Notes under the pieces: generated by a model
Seen by the model: the letters and a program-made list of their open reading frames with translations, nothing else
Told to the model about the DNA's origin: nothing
Database searches by the model: none
From: Eledone cirrhosa
Lineage: Eukaryota
Length of the DNA: 64,000 bases
Direction: 5' to 3'
Assembly: GCA_964016885.1 (NCBI GenBank)
Contig: OZ024753.1
Location: forward strand, 35,092,001 to 35,156,000
Translations under genes and position numbers: made by a program
Shown: positions 28,371 to 42,600 of the stretch, one piece after another
How the letters are laid out: each line of letters begins with the position of its first letter
Numbering within the stretch: the first letter of the stretch is position 1

Positions 28371-28554
28371 CTCACACACATACACACACACACATATATC
28401 ATCATCACATCATCACTGTTTTACGTCCATTCTTCCATGCTAGCATGGGCTAGATGGGTTGGGTTGTCCTGTTGTGGACAATGCCAGGTCAGGTGACCAT
28501 GTCTTTCTCATACAGAACAGAACTGATTTTATGTATATATATATATATATATAT

Positions 28555-28671
28555 AACAAAGGAAATGTGGTAAGGAACCACAAGTACTCAATACTTAGGG
28601 TAGTAGAGTGGGTAATAGGAACGAGTAGGACCCCGACGGCTGAGCTCAAGCCGTTTCGACGGCTAATTCTG

Positions 28672-28674
<3 letters not shown>
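28555..28674. mobile_element. family P element, unfolded copy
   Basis: Same sequence as 21360-21497 with a short internal deletion, ends at ctaattctggac, flanked by (TA)n on both sides. Confidence 0.9.
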
Positions 28675-28705
<31 letters not shown>

Positions 28706-28899
28706 TCATCATCATCATCATCATTTCATTTTACGTCTGCTTTTTCCCTGCTTGCAAGGGTGGCACGGGAACTGATTCTGGCTTGATTTCTACAGCTGGA
28801 TGCACTTCCTAACACCAACCTCATTTACAGTGAGTGCTGGGTGCTTTTTTTGCCATGGCACCTCCATGACCACTTTACAGTGGAATGATAGAGACCCCA

Positions 28900-29050
28900 G
28901 TCCCTATCATCTCATTTCTACAGCTGAGTAAACTGGAGCAATGTGAAATAAAGTGTCTTGCTCAAGGAAACAACACATCACCCGGTCTGAGAATTGAATT
29001 CACAACCGATTGCAAGGCCAATGCTTTAACCACTAAGCCATGTGCCTCCA
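28900..29050 (-). mobile_element. tRNA-derived SINE with CORE-like segment (family C)
   Basis: Minus strand ggaggcacatggcttagtggtt...ccttgagcaagacactttatttca. Related copies at 27175-27400(+), 34255-34580(+), 37090-37235(-), 53670-53825(-). Confidence 0.75.
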
Positions 29051-29267
29051 TATATATATATATATACATACAACAACACAATAACAAGCATTTTAAGAAC
29101 ATTTCTTCTATTAAAATAAAAGTTAGCTTTGTGGATACCGTAAGAAGCTGAATCATACTCATGGGTCTTTTCTGAGGCAATGTTTTACAGTCAAAAATCC
29201 TTCTAGGAGCCAACACATTTAGTCACTTCTTACGATATGCAGGGATACAGTGTACCTATATATATAT

Positions 29268-29803
29268 AAATGGAAAAAATGAAATTTCATTTCTCACTCC
29301 TAGTACGGCTGATACTTAAATATAAGTATGTATACATACATACATATATGTATACAGACGTACAGTAGTATGTATATACATACATACATGCACACATATA
29401 TATATGTACGTATGGGTTTACCGAACATTTATTATAATGTTCGGTTTGTTTGTAAACAAACAGCCCGAATTACGCCATACAGTGTTCGGCAACCATCGTT
29501 GCTCTTTTGTTCAACACTGACAAAGGAACGATGAACTAGTTTCTAGCTTATTAGCTGTCATCAGCACCGTAAACCTTCCTGTCAGTCGATTGAACATTTG
29601 AAAGTATATACTTTCCTTATGCATATTAACGGCTGAGCAGCCTAATTTGCATATCGAGTGAGTTAGTCGACCGGGCGTACTGAAAACGATAAATGGAAAA
29701 ATATGAAACTTCATTTCTCATCCATAGTACGGCTGATACTTAAATATAAGTATGTATACATACATACATATATGTAAACAGACGTACAGTAGTATGTATA
29801 TAC
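29268..29803 (-). mobile_element. terminally redundant 423-bp unit (about 1.3 copies) carrying a hammerhead: retrozyme / Penelope pLTR-like
   Basis: 29268-29380 repeated at 29691-29803, CpG-rich interior, (TA)n at both ends. Confidence 0.75.
29528..29570 (-). ncRNA. minimal type I hammerhead ribozyme
   Basis: ACGGTG CTGATGA CAGCT AATA AGCTA GAAA CTAG T T^ CATCGT: both core boxes, 6-bp stem I, 4-bp stem II (closing pair C.A non-canonical), palindromic CUAG stem III, GUU triplet. Confidence 0.75.
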
Positions 29804-30190
29804 AAATATATATATATATATCATTACCATCATCACTGTTTAACATCCATTTTCCATGCTTGCATGGGTTAGATGAGTTGTCATGTTGTGAGATTAACCA
29901 GGTCATGTGACCATATCTTGCTTATATAGATCTGTTTTTGGTTTGGTTTCCTACACCTGAATGCCCTTTCTAATGCCAACCACTCTACAGCATGTCCTAG
30001 GAGCTCTTCTTGCGGCACCGCCACTACGACCATACAGGGTGGACGGGGGTCTTTGTTGTGGCACCAGCACTGTAGGAGAGCAAGTACTATATATATATCT
30101 CTATATATATACATAGACATCTCTATCTCTATATATATAAAGATACATATATTATATAATGTATATAATATACATAGTATCCATATATTT

Positions 30191-30233
<43 letters not shown>

Positions 30234-31029
30234 ATATATTATATATATTATGCATATTATAAATGTATTATATAATATCTGCATATTATATATATATGGT
30301 TTGTTTCTTCTCGCTCTCTCTCTCTCGTATAGTGTCTGTAAAAGATTGATAGGGCTTATTTCTCATTCCTCTTGGTAATTATTAATCTTTCTGCATCAAG
30401 CCTTGCTCCATTTTCTTTGTACATTTTGTCTTGTTATCTTGTTATCTCGTCTCTTGTCTGATATATACCTTTCCTTCCACTCCATTCCTTGCTTCTGTTA
30501 CATGTTTTATTTTTTGCACCACCAACACTACTACTACTACTACTACTACTACTTCCTTTTCTTCTTCTTTGCTCCCTCCTCCTCCTCATCATCATCATTA
30601 TCATCATTATCATCATCATCATCATCATCATCCTCCCCCCCTCCAATTCACATTGATCATTGACTTTTTATTGTAATAATCTCCATCTTCTTTCTGTTAT
30701 TCAAAGTCGAGTAGTTTTTCTGTGACAGAGAATTTCTTGTCTTTTTGATTTGCAATTACTTGTTCTATATTTCAAAAGTCTTCTCTTCACTACCTTTACT
30801 CTCATACTCTTTCCCTTATTTCCCCTTCATTATTCTCATTGACTCACTTCCACACTTCATTATTTCTTCTCTTTCTATTTTTTAAAATATATTTTTGTTT
30901 TTGTTTTGTTTCTTCTCTCTCAATCAAAATCTACTTCTACTTTTTCTCTTCATTTCCCAATGTCTCCCCCCTACTTCAAAATCATACATGGATTTCTCTC
31001 ATTCCCTATCTATCCCCCCTCTCTATATC

Positions 31030-31101
<72 letters not shown>

Positions 31102-31130
31102 ATATATAACTCTGATATATATATATATAT

Positions 31131-31162
<32 letters not shown>

Positions 31163-31841
31163 CATATATATATAACTCTGATATATATATATATATATAA
31201 CTATCTATATCTATATATATATATAACTATCTATCTATCTATATCTATATCTATATATATATATATAACTCTGATATTTGCTCTGTCTCTATAACTCTGT
31301 TATTTTATCATGTTACCTCTCTAATATCCTCCTCTTCTCTGTTCTTACTCACATTATCTCTTCTTTAACTCTCCCTTCTCTCACTCTTTATATTTCACTT
31401 CCTGTTTGCATGTATAGCTTGCTGTTTGGCTACAGCTGTTCATCTTTCTCTATTTCTCTTTTCTTCTCTCACTTTGTCAGTCTCCCATCTTATTTATTTA
31501 TCTATCAAATACATTTACTCCAAACAGGTTTTTAAGATAGAATTCCTATGAAACAATATGTTATTATTATTATTTTTAATATAAAGATCACAGCCAATCA
31601 TTACTCTGATTATAAGGTTTAACATTTGATAAATTATTTTTTTGTCAAATATTTCCTGAAATATTTTAAAGCACCTAATGGTTAAATGTTGAACACTTTC
31701 ATACAATACTTTTACATGTTCCAAACAAACCAAAACATTATTTTCTTGATTTGTATCTCACATTCAATATTTTTAACATCATAAATGGAAATTTTCTTAG
31801 AAATATTTCAAAAGGCCTAACAGGTAAATGTCAAACCTTGA

Positions 31842-31895
<54 letters not shown>

Positions 31896-31943
31896 TATAT
31901 TTTATCTGCCTGCTCTTCAAACTTATAATTTTATATATATATA

Positions 31944-32035
31944 TATCGAGCCCTCTTCACATTTATTATTATTACTATATATATATATATATATATATAT
32001 ACAGTAATAATAATAAATGTGAAGAGGGCTCGATA
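31944..32035. repeat. perfect 33-bp inverted repeat around a (TA)n spacer
   Basis: tatcgagccctcttcacatttattattattact / agtaataataataaatgtgaagagggctcgata. Confidence 0.95.
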
Positions 32036-32875
32036 AGGATTATATATATATAAATATATATAAAAACCAGAGAGCAAATATTTATTAAATATACAGATAT
32101 GGTTCACCTGGTGCCATGACAAAATTTTTCCAGTCCACCCAGTATAGGGCCGATGCCACTATAAAAGCTCCTAGTACACGCTCTAAAATGGTTGGCTTTA
32201 GGAAGGGCATCTGACCATAGAAACTAAGCCAAAAATAGAACATGTGAGCAAGATATAATTATCTGATCTGTTTAGCCTCATAACATGACAGCCTGTCTAA
32301 CCAATGCAAGCATGGAAAAAAAAGAGAATAAATTGTGATGATGAGGATAATATTCAGAGGGATACATGGAAAAAATTGGAGTACCTTGTATAACAGCACC
32401 ACCTTGCTCACGGGTATTTATTTTCACAAAAGCCGCTCTGTAGCAAGTATTTGAACCTGGCTTTCAGCAGAGGGTTAACATGACCTCACAATTCTCTGAC
32501 ATTTTCTAAACTTCCTTGGATGCCAAAAACTAAAATCAAACCCACTGGTTTCCATCTTCTCTCCTATCAATGAACTTTGATCCAATGTAGTAAGCTCCTC
32601 AGTCAGAGGTGCATGTAACACATGAAACTAGTTGAAGAAGAAATTTGAGGATTATGAAAGGTACAGCTTCTGCAAGTCCTGAGGCTGACAACTGTAACAC
32701 TTTTCTTCTGCTTTTATGAGACCCATGACAGTACTTGAGTTTATGACAATAAAATACTTGTTAAATATTCAGTACATTTTCTTCTTGGATCAGTGACATG
32801 TCATAACATGTGGGATATATTTCAATCAATGGGTTATGTATCATGACCAACTATTACACACAGTTGTTGTTGCCT

Positions 32876-32971
32876 TTCTTCTTCTTCTTCTTCTTCTTCT
32901 TCTTCTTCTTCTTCTTCTTCTTCTTCTTCTTCTTCTTCTTCTTCTTCTTCTTCTTCTTCTTCTTCTTCTTC
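32876..32971. repeat. (CTT)n microsatellite
   Basis: About 32 pure units. Confidence 0.97.
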
Positions 32972-33284
32972 TCCCCCTTCTCCTTTTTTTAATGAAAGAC
33001 CCTTGCTATAATTTTGAAACCCATCAAGAATTTAGAGAGATTTGGTACAATAAGTAAATTTGTCATTATGAGGCTAGTCTTTGGAACATAATTTAAACAA
33101 AGATTCTTACAAAAAAAAAATATATTGGAAGGTTTTCGAATAAACAGTTTTGTATCGTAGAACAAGGCACGGTTTTAGGCTGTTTGGAAACACAAGGGTT
33201 ACAATGTTGTTTGGAACATGACTTAGTGAAGGTTCTTACATAAAATTACAATGAAAGATTTTTAGATAACTATAAACACTTTAA

Positions 33285-33504
33285 CCCTTTAGCATTTAAA
33301 CCAGCCATATGCAGCCAGAATTCTCTCGCCTCTTTCTGTTCAAACTGGCTGTAACCAGCTGCTCATACTGATGTTAAGGTATTGTTCTCAAAATAAATCA
33401 TATCAAAATCTCATAGCTTTGATATTATGTGAGATAGTTATGTGTGATAAAGTGTTTGCCATAAAATACAGTAGTAAATATAGAGTAATGTAAATGCTAA
33501 AGGG
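33285..33504. mobile_element. piggyBac-type MITE family 1 nested in a family 2 MITE
   Basis: TTAA|cccttttagcattta ... taaatgctaaaggg|TTAA. Family 2 sequence on both sides. Confidence 0.85.
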
Positions 33505-33887
33505 TTAAAATAAATAGTTTTGTATCATAAAATCATGGATAGTTTCACGTGGTTTGGAGTCAAAGGAATTAGAGTGTAACAGTGATTGATAGCTGAGCTC
33601 CTTAAAATTACATCCAGTGTACTTTACGTAGGGTATGTATTTAGTTAGTATTTTTAATCAACAGAAACCTATTTTTAGATAGGTTCCATTACTCCCAAAC
33701 ATCAAAATGGTTTTAGTTAATGTAGTCTGTCTTTGAACCAAATAATATCTTTGAAGCTGTTTTGAAAGAATTTTTATATGGTGACATTGTTGATTCCCTC
33801 AACATGCTTTATATATATATATATATATATATTTATGTGTGCGTCTGTACATGTATATATGTTATGCTATATATATGTATGTGTATC

Positions 33888-33919
<32 letters not shown>

Positions 33920-34254
33920 GGTCTTGCAAGCAGGGAAAAGCAGACGTAAAATGATGATGATGATGATGATGATGATGATATGTGTGTATGAGTATATAAA
34001 AATACATTTTCAAAGTATAATTTTCATTTAGGGGGAAATTAAATAAAAATATATTTCTACTCGAATGCTTTTGAATAGAATAAATATGAATGTTTTGTGT
34101 TTGATGTCTTCTGTTGTTAGAAATCTTCAAAGACAGTAAAATAGATTTTAGCTGAATACAATCAGCCGCGTGCATGTTTTGCCAGCTTTCTTGTTGTACC
34201 TGAATACTCTAGAGTCAATGTTCTCTCATTTTATTGTTTCTATACAGGTTTAGG

Positions 34255-34580
34255 TGAAAGCACATAGCTTAGTGGTTAGAGTGTTGGGCTTACAATTGTG
34301 AGATTGTGAGTTCAATTCTCAGACTGGGCTTTGCATTGTGTTCTTGAGCAAGACACTTTATTTCATGTTACTCAACTGTAGAAATGTGTTGCAACGTTAC
34401 TGGTGCCAAGCCCTATCAGCCTTAGTCTTTCCCTTGGACAACATTTGTGGCGTGGAGAAGGGTGGCTGGTATGCATGGGCAACTGCTGGTCTTCGCCAAA
34501 CAACCTTGCCCGGACTTGTGCCTTGGAGGGGAACTTTCTAGGTGAAAATCCCATGGTCATTTGTGACCAAAGGGGGTCTT
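34255..34580 (+). mobile_element. full-length family C SINE
   Basis: A box tagcttagtgg, B box gagttcaattc, CORE-like gtgttcttgagcaagacacttt, tail shared with 53670-53760(-). Confidence 0.75.
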
Positions 34581-37327
34581 GTAAATATAAGTCTAGATAT
34601 ACCTGTGTGATTGAGGAAGTTTGCTCTGCAATCATGTGGTTTCATGGTCCCATGATATGTGACCTTGGGCAAGAGGTTTCTACTATAACCTAGCGTTGTC
34701 TGGTGCTTTTTAAGTGAAATTTGGTTGATAGGAACTGTGCAAAGCCCGTAATATATGTGTGCTTGTGTGTGTGAGAGAGAGAGAGTGTATGTGTGAGAGC
34801 ATGTGTGTGTTGTATATGCTCCTCATAGGGTAGAAAGGGCTCTTGAGTTGGGTCAATGACGAACAACCTTTCTACTGCTGGTGTCATGATACAATACACC
34901 TAGTGCACTCTGCAGAAGTGTAAGTGAAATATGCTCCCCCTCCTACCTATCTGAGAAGTCAGTAGAGGCCACTTGTCCAACCTTTGCTTGCATGAATAAT
35001 TAACATTAAATGATGATGACGATGCAGATGATGTATGCGTGTATATATATATATGTGTGGTGTGTGTGTGAGTGTTTACACTGTTTAACAAGCACTGTTT
35101 GTATATGTTTATTTATCAGTGTAAATTTACATATATTGAATTCTTTCCATTAGATTCAGTATAGTTAGACTTGGCTGTCACAATCATTATAGCATTCCCC
35201 ATATCAATGTTATGCCAAGTCTACAGGATAGATAACAGTTTTATAAAAAAAAAGTCTGAATAGGAGGCCATATTTTCACAATATCTTAATTATAGAAACG
35301 CTAGTCCTAAAACATAAAAAAGAAGTGTTTTTTTTTAACCCTTTCATTTACATATTTCTATTGAAAAATAATCAAATATTTGAAGATACTTATTAATATA
35401 ACCAGGTTTCTTGTTATCAAATAAGAGTTTGGAATATAATTTACAGTTTCTAATGAAAGACACTGCCTGTGATTTTTTATTAATTTTGATGGATGTTTTT
35501 TAAATAAATAAAAACACTTTAAAATATACAATTTTGCATCATAGAATCAGGCGTGTTTTCAGCCAGTTTGGTATCAAAAGGTTTATATTATTTGAAATCA
35601 ATACTCCATTTGAATTTTCACTATTGTAAAGCTGTAAACAAAGCAGAGAAAAAATATCTAAGCAAGAGCTTTGTTTCCAGTTACAAATTTGATGACAGGG
35701 TCTTTTAGCACTTCTCTTGGGATCAAGAACTCGGTTGGGTACAGGAGTGAAATGTAGTTTAAGTATGTATATATCAAATAGACTGAACAATAATTTATTG
35801 AAAAAGTTTTTATGATGTGTAAAAATCGAACAATATTCTCTCTGATATTTGCATAAGTTGTAGCATTTTCGATAAAGTATTATACATTTGAATAGCTCCT
35901 TATACCAACTTTAGTGCCACCATAAAGTGAATTTAGTATTTTTCGTTTTTTTTTTTACTTTTCAGTTAGTAGAGGAAAGAACAGTGTTTGTGATCCCACA
36001 GAGATAAAGAAAAGAATTTACCAATTATCACCATGTTCATCTTTAAATAGAATGTAGCATAAACTTTATTTTCCATGAATATCTTTATATTTTTCACTTG
36101 TATATGTATTTTAAGAAGTGTTCCATTCAGCTAGGTTGGCAAGACTTTTAATGGATTATGTCAGCAGTAATACAATGTCTTGCTATTCTGAGTTAAAATT
36201 TCAGCTTAGCAAATTGTGTTTTTCATCATTTCGGTATTGATAAAATACCAGTAATATTCTGATTTTTTTGAGAAATTGATGATGCTGTTTATTATAGCTG
36301 TTTATCATCATCATCATAGTGGAGCCATGCAGCATCTGACACCTGAACTGATGGTCTGCTGTGTGAAGAGTTTAGCGTGTGATATCATATTTAAAAAATA
36401 AATTATATCTACTTTCAGTTTTCATAAAACATAAAAATGGTTCTTAGAAAACTAAAACTAAACAGAAAATGTGGTAAATTTTCGATTTTCTCCATTATAA
36501 GTTTTAATAGAAGCATTCATAATATATGTATTATCATCATTTAACGTCTACTTTCCTTGCTAGCATGGGTAGGATGGGTCTTCACCGACTGAGCCTGTAC
36601 TGAAGTGAGGCGACTGACCTTTCAGACAGGGTAGGGGCTTCACATCTCACTTACATACAATTCCGCATTCTATTAAGTGCATTTTTATCATAGTACCAGT
36701 ACTAGAGAGGTTGTTATGTCTTTGACACAACTGGAGGGTCCACCCAACATTTTGTTTGGCTAGCTTTCTACAGCTGTATGCTTTTCCTAACACCAACCAC
36801 TTTACATGTACTGAGTGCTTTTATTGTGTAGATCATGAACACTAGGGAGGTTGGAATGTCCATGACACAACTGAAGTGTCCTCTCACCCCTTTGTTTGGC
36901 AAGCTTTCTATGGCTGAATGCCCTTCCTACCACCAACCACTTTACAGCATGTACTGAGGGATTTTATTGTGTAGATCACCAGCATTAGGGAAATTATATA
37001 CACAATTAATATCGACAGTCGATCGACTTTCGTCAAATTGGACCTAGGAAATCATGTTTCCTTGGGTCTTTCCAATTGCTAATAATATCTATCGGTTGCA
37101 ACTCCAGGTAGAAGGAGCAACGTGGAATAAAGTGTCTTGCTCAAGGACATAATGCATTGCCTGGTCCAGGAATCAAACTCACAACCTCACGATTGTGAAT
37201 CAAATTCTCTAACCACTCAGCCATGTGCCCTCACTTTTAATATACGTATTGTAAATTCAGTTAAAAATGGGTAATATCTAAGTTAGTTATTTTTACCACT
37301 GGTAAAAATAGTTTACACCCATAGTGT

Positions 37328-37407
37328 AATGTTCAACGATTATGTTTAGTAACATATTTTTGGTGTTTACACCAAAAATATGTTACTAAACATAATCATT
37401 GAACATT
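37328..37407. repeat. 80-bp near-perfect palindrome (39-bp arms, 1 mismatch)
   Basis: aatgttcaacgattatgtttagtaacatatttttggtgt-tt-acaccaaaaatatgttactaaacataatcattgaacatt. Confidence 0.95.
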
Positions 37408-39482
37408 TTTTCCCAATACAATATTCTTATTTTTGACTTTTATATAATAATTGTTTCTACTTTTGGCACAAGGCCAGCAATTACCCAGTACATTACTGGT
37501 ACTTTATTTTATCGACCCCGTAAGGATGAAAGGCAAAGTTAACTTTGGTGGGATTTGAACTGGGACATAACTGTGCTGCAAAGCATGGCGTCTGACCCTC
37601 TACCGATATTGCCAATCCATAATAATATCTTAAATGAAATAATGGAGATAAAATGTTACTGTCAGATTCTAGACTATTATATGTTTTATCTATAATTACA
37701 TAATCAATAACCTATTAAAGACTTTAAAAGTAACTTTATTTGTGTCCTTTGTATTTAAATTAAATTGATGTAAAATGTATTTGAAGAGAGGATTCATGTA
37801 CCATGTGACTAAAGTGTCTTCAAAAACTATTTGATATTAAGAATATAATTGAATGAGTTTCTTAGTCAGTGGGTTGTGTGTGCTAAGCAAATTGAATAAT
37901 TCAAGAAGGTTTGAATATCCTAATAGTAATGTGTTTGAATTCCATAAAGCTAAAAAAAGGTTAAATAGGAAGAAAAACAAATAAAATACATTGTAAAATA
38001 CAATGTCTATATTTCACTACCATGCAACAGTGCACTTCATACACAAGCATCATACAATTTGAAAAAGAATTCCTTTGTTGCAAGAAGAAATAGTAGTAGT
38101 AATTGCTCCCTGAACTTTTTCCAACTTGTTCTTACTCCAGATACTATGCTTTCGGAACACTTTCTTCCATTGTTAAATAGGTCACCTTGGTAACAGAGGC
38201 TATCAACTACTTCTGTGGGACACTACTAGAATTTGAAAGAATTTATTTTACTAATCCTATGCATCTGCTACACACAAATTCTTTTCTATCAGCTTGCCTA
38301 TGAGCTAATTGCACTCATGTCCACCCATAGTTTACATCTGGATTTCTTATCTATTCCTTTTCTACATATTGAGTATCTCTACTTCCCAAATGGCTTTATA
38401 TTCCTGTCTTTTTTTTTTAACTGAAGCTTTTGGCCTTGCAAAGGTTTATTTCAAGATCACTCAATTCCTAGCTTTTCTCCCACGTTTGGAATGTTTTTCT
38501 TTTAATTCTGCAACAGATTTAGCTATGAGAACTAAATCATTGGCATAGAGAAATTCTCATTGATAATCAGACTGAAATGTCTTTCTGATGGCAGGGAGAA
38601 CTTCAGTAAATAAGACAAGACTAAGAATTGAACCCTGGCAGACACCTACATGCACTCACAATTCCTTGCTGAACTCATTACTAATTGTCACTTTGTTTTC
38701 TTAATAATCACTTGACTATAGAGCAGGGTACACTCTGTCAAATCAAGTATAAATTGGCCATGAATATGTTAGGAATATGACCATCTATTTAAGAGTACTT
38801 AAAAAGGAAAATTAAACTTATTTTTCTAATCCTAATGCTTTTTAAAGTATATATAATATAATCTGTTTTATACTTTCTTGTCTCCTATTAAAGTTTTTAT
38901 TTGTATTTTATCAATATTAATGAAGTTTTAATTTAGAAATAAGTTTGTAATTAAGCTAATTTTGTTTAAAATTCTACATCAGAAAATAGAGCTCGTCTAT
39001 TAGTTATAATTTCATTGTTACTGTTAAGATCGATAATTTAATTCATAAATGCTATAATATTCACAACATTTATTTTTATTACCATAAATTTAAATATTTG
39101 CTGCAATCTTAACAAGAGACAGAACTATCTAATTTTTGTAATTAGCAAGGGACATATTTTCCTCAGTCTGAGAAAACTATAATAAATATTATACATCTCG
39201 ATTGTATCCTATTTCCAGATATATTGTTTGATGTATTTTTATTTTGCTTCAATGAATTCCACATAAAATAAGAAGCAATAACACTTAGTATCTAGATGCC
39301 ACACTTAAACCAGAAGCCTGACATGTTTCATTGGCTTAATAGATCATTTTTATTGCACTTATTACTCTTTGGCATTCCCATTAGACATTGCAGGAGGAAG
39401 ATTAGTAAAATCTCATTGAGTCAGTTACAACTGACTGAATCGAATTTTGATACCAAACGGCCTGAAACCACCTATGATTTAA

Positions 39483-39687
39483 CCCATTAGCATTTAAACC
39501 GGCCAGAATTTTCTCACCTCTTTCTGTTGAAACCGGCTGTAACCAGCCGTTCATACTGATTTTAAAGTATTGTTCTCAAAATGAATAACACCAAAATCTT
39601 TCGATATTATGTGAGATAGTTATGTAAGATAAAGTCTTTACCATGAAAATATAATAGTAAATATAGTGTAATGTAAATGCTAAAGGG
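39483..39687. mobile_element. piggyBac-type MITE family 1 nested in a family 2 MITE (39445-39904)
   Basis: TTAA|cccattagcattta ... taaatgctaaaggg|TTAA. Confidence 0.85.
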
Positions 39688-42600
39688 TTAATGACACAAA
39701 ACCTCTCATTTTAAAGAGTTTATTTTAAAATAAAATCTTCCATCATAATTTCATTTATAAACCTTTGTTAAGTTTATGTTCCAAACACCAACTTAATAAT
39801 GTCAAAATTAGTTATTTTACTTAATCTCTAAATTTTTGGTTATTTCAAAAATTATTTGAAACACATAGAAAGTGTCTTACATTAGAAATTTTGTAACAAA
39901 AAGGTTAAACTGAACTCTTTTTTTTGTTTTGTTTTTTGGAGTGTGATGTGTGTACTATGCTAACATCATTGATATTTAGACACAGCTCTTATTTTTAGGC
40001 TTTGTCTACTAAACACAGCTCTATTGATGCCTGATGAAATAATGGGTGGGTAAGCTCCAATCTAAAATCAGCATATTAGATACATTACCTACATTTCAAT
40101 CTTCATTAATGATATTAATCCTCTAGACCATTGTTTATCTAGCCTTGACTACTAATTTAAATCAGCTTGTAGTTAAAGCATACTAATTATGGATACTGAT
40201 GGAACAAACATTAATTCTGTTAGCATTATATTACCCTCCCCCCCACTCTCTCAACACTCTTACTATTATTACCATCATCAACCCACATTCATAATTTTTA
40301 TAGTTATTTTTAATGTTGGCTTATGCTACGTGCATTTGGAAAATTACTTTTTTTACATATTTCTATAAGCTGGGTCTATCTATTTACATTTTTGCCCAAA
40401 TACTCATTTATCTACTTTTGTCTATATTCTACAATCAGTTGAGAATTTTACAATTTACAACATTTCACCTAATTCTTATACCCTTATTCTCACAATATAT
40501 TCACCCCTTTTTTTGTTAATCCTTAATTGTAACTTATTCACAAATGATTTCAGCAACACTTCTTCTCTTCTTCTTCGACCACTTATTCATGAGAGGGTCG
40601 TGGAGACAATCTTCAAACACTCCTTCCTGAGAGTCCTGTCAAAAGTAAATGTCTCCAACTGGTGACCCCAAGCGTGACCAACCAAGCTCATGGATGTTAT
40701 CATTCTAACCACAGGTACAAATAAATTATTTTTCAGTGTTTCAACAACACTGATAAACAATTTATTTGTATCTGATATGTATCATTTGGAAAGCTTTAAA
40801 ATGTTAGCATTTAACTATACTATTTTAGCATTTAATATTTTCATGTTAGTGGATTGGCAGAATTGGTAGAGCATCAGATAAAGTGACATTGTGGTATTTG
40901 TTCTGGCTCTTTATATTCTGTGTTCAAATCCTTCCAAGGCCAACTTTGCCTTTTATCCTTCTAGGCTTGATAATATAAAGTACTGGGGTTGATTTAATCA
41001 ATTTTGCCCAGCCCCAAAATTTGCTGGCCATGTGGCTAAATTAGAAATCAATATTTTTATGTTTTTCAGATTTGCAAACTTTAGTGTATTTTCTGATCAA
41101 ACAAAGTGTGTTGTGAGGACTCTTCAGTTGTGTCCAAGACATGACAACCTCTTTAGTAACGGTGTCATGATAAAATTCACTCAGGAGAGTGTGGAACCAT
41201 ATATTAATGAAATGTGCTCCATCCCCACCTCCTGGCCTGTCTGGAAGGCTGGTAGCCCCGCTTCAATATTGATGATTCAGTCTGTGAAGACCCACCCAAC
41301 CCTTGCTAGCAGGGAAAATGAACATTAAACGATGATGATGATGATGATATCTTTCTAAGAATATATCATTAAAATTACATGCACCGACAGATATCCAAAC
41401 TCTATGCCTATCTTGATGTGCCTTTCATAATTTGCTGTTACCTTTACTATCTTCATTACTTGGTCTATTAGATTTCATCAGTTACATCCTTTTGTACCAG
41501 TTGAATTTTCTAATTAATTAGGTTAGTAATCAGATCATTTTCTCAATATCTCTAAGTTTATTTGTACCCTAATACTCACAACATTCATCTTCTTGGTTAT
41601 TTGCCATCAATTCCTGCACTTGTACAACCGGTTCCATCAGTCAAACCTACTTGAATTTCTTTATTTATTCCATCATTCTCTTTGTAATAGTTTCTTGTTG
41701 CATTCAATTGTACCATTAAAAAACAACAACTATGCATCAGTTTACTAGTATATCATTAGACAAACTATAGCATTACAAAAGTAAGTTTTCTCACATAAAT
41801 TGCCTTCAAATGGTATCTAATCATAGAAACTCATACAGTTTTTACTCATTATTAACAAAGCTTTTGATGATGCGTGGCATGCAACCTCTTGTTAAATTCT
41901 CTTCTTATGGTTCCTGATCAATATCATATCACCTTAATATGTAGTTTCCTTACATGCCATACTATCATCATCATTATTTAAGGTCTGTTTTCCATGCTTG
42001 CATGGGTCAGACAGGCTGTCATGTACTGAGGTTAGACTGCTCAGGTGACTATGTCTTGCTTGTACATTTCGTATTTAGCTTGGTTTCTACAACTGGAAGC
42101 CCTTCCTAATATCAACTACTTTACAGCATGTACTGTATATATTTATGCAGAACATAGAATATATTAGACTTAAGATAAATTTAATATAGATGTAACTACA
42201 GATTTGTAATTAGCAAAGTGAAAAGCAGAAAGTATCTTTACACTCTCTTCTTTTCACAGCAAAACTATAGTCATATCTATATTAGGTTTATCTTAAGAAA
42301 ACAAATTTAGAGATATAATTATATTAAAAATGGGGTGTATTTTTATCCATGTTTTGACAAGGAGAAAAAATAGCTAAACTCACCACTCAGTGAGGTACAT
42401 CATTTTTTCTTTGTACATATAATACTATCACAAATACAAGCAGCCAAAATGGGGTTCCTCCGAAGGATCTTTGAAATAACATTACTTGATAGAGTACATA
42501 GCTCAGAGATCAGAGAATCACCCCAGGTTGAGTCGCTACATCTCTGAATTGAGAGATCACCGCTCCAATACTATGGACATGTGGTCAGAATGTCTAAAGA

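Noticed and set aside
32810-33057. Poly-Phe / poly-Leu ORFs resembling signal or transmembrane peptides (also 30403-30676, 57015-57315)
   Set aside because: Trinucleotide microsatellite translations.
35966-36057. Second coding exon after a strong acceptor (phase compatible with 18399)
   Set aside because: The frame closes after about 30 codons with no credible donor and no recognisable protein motif.
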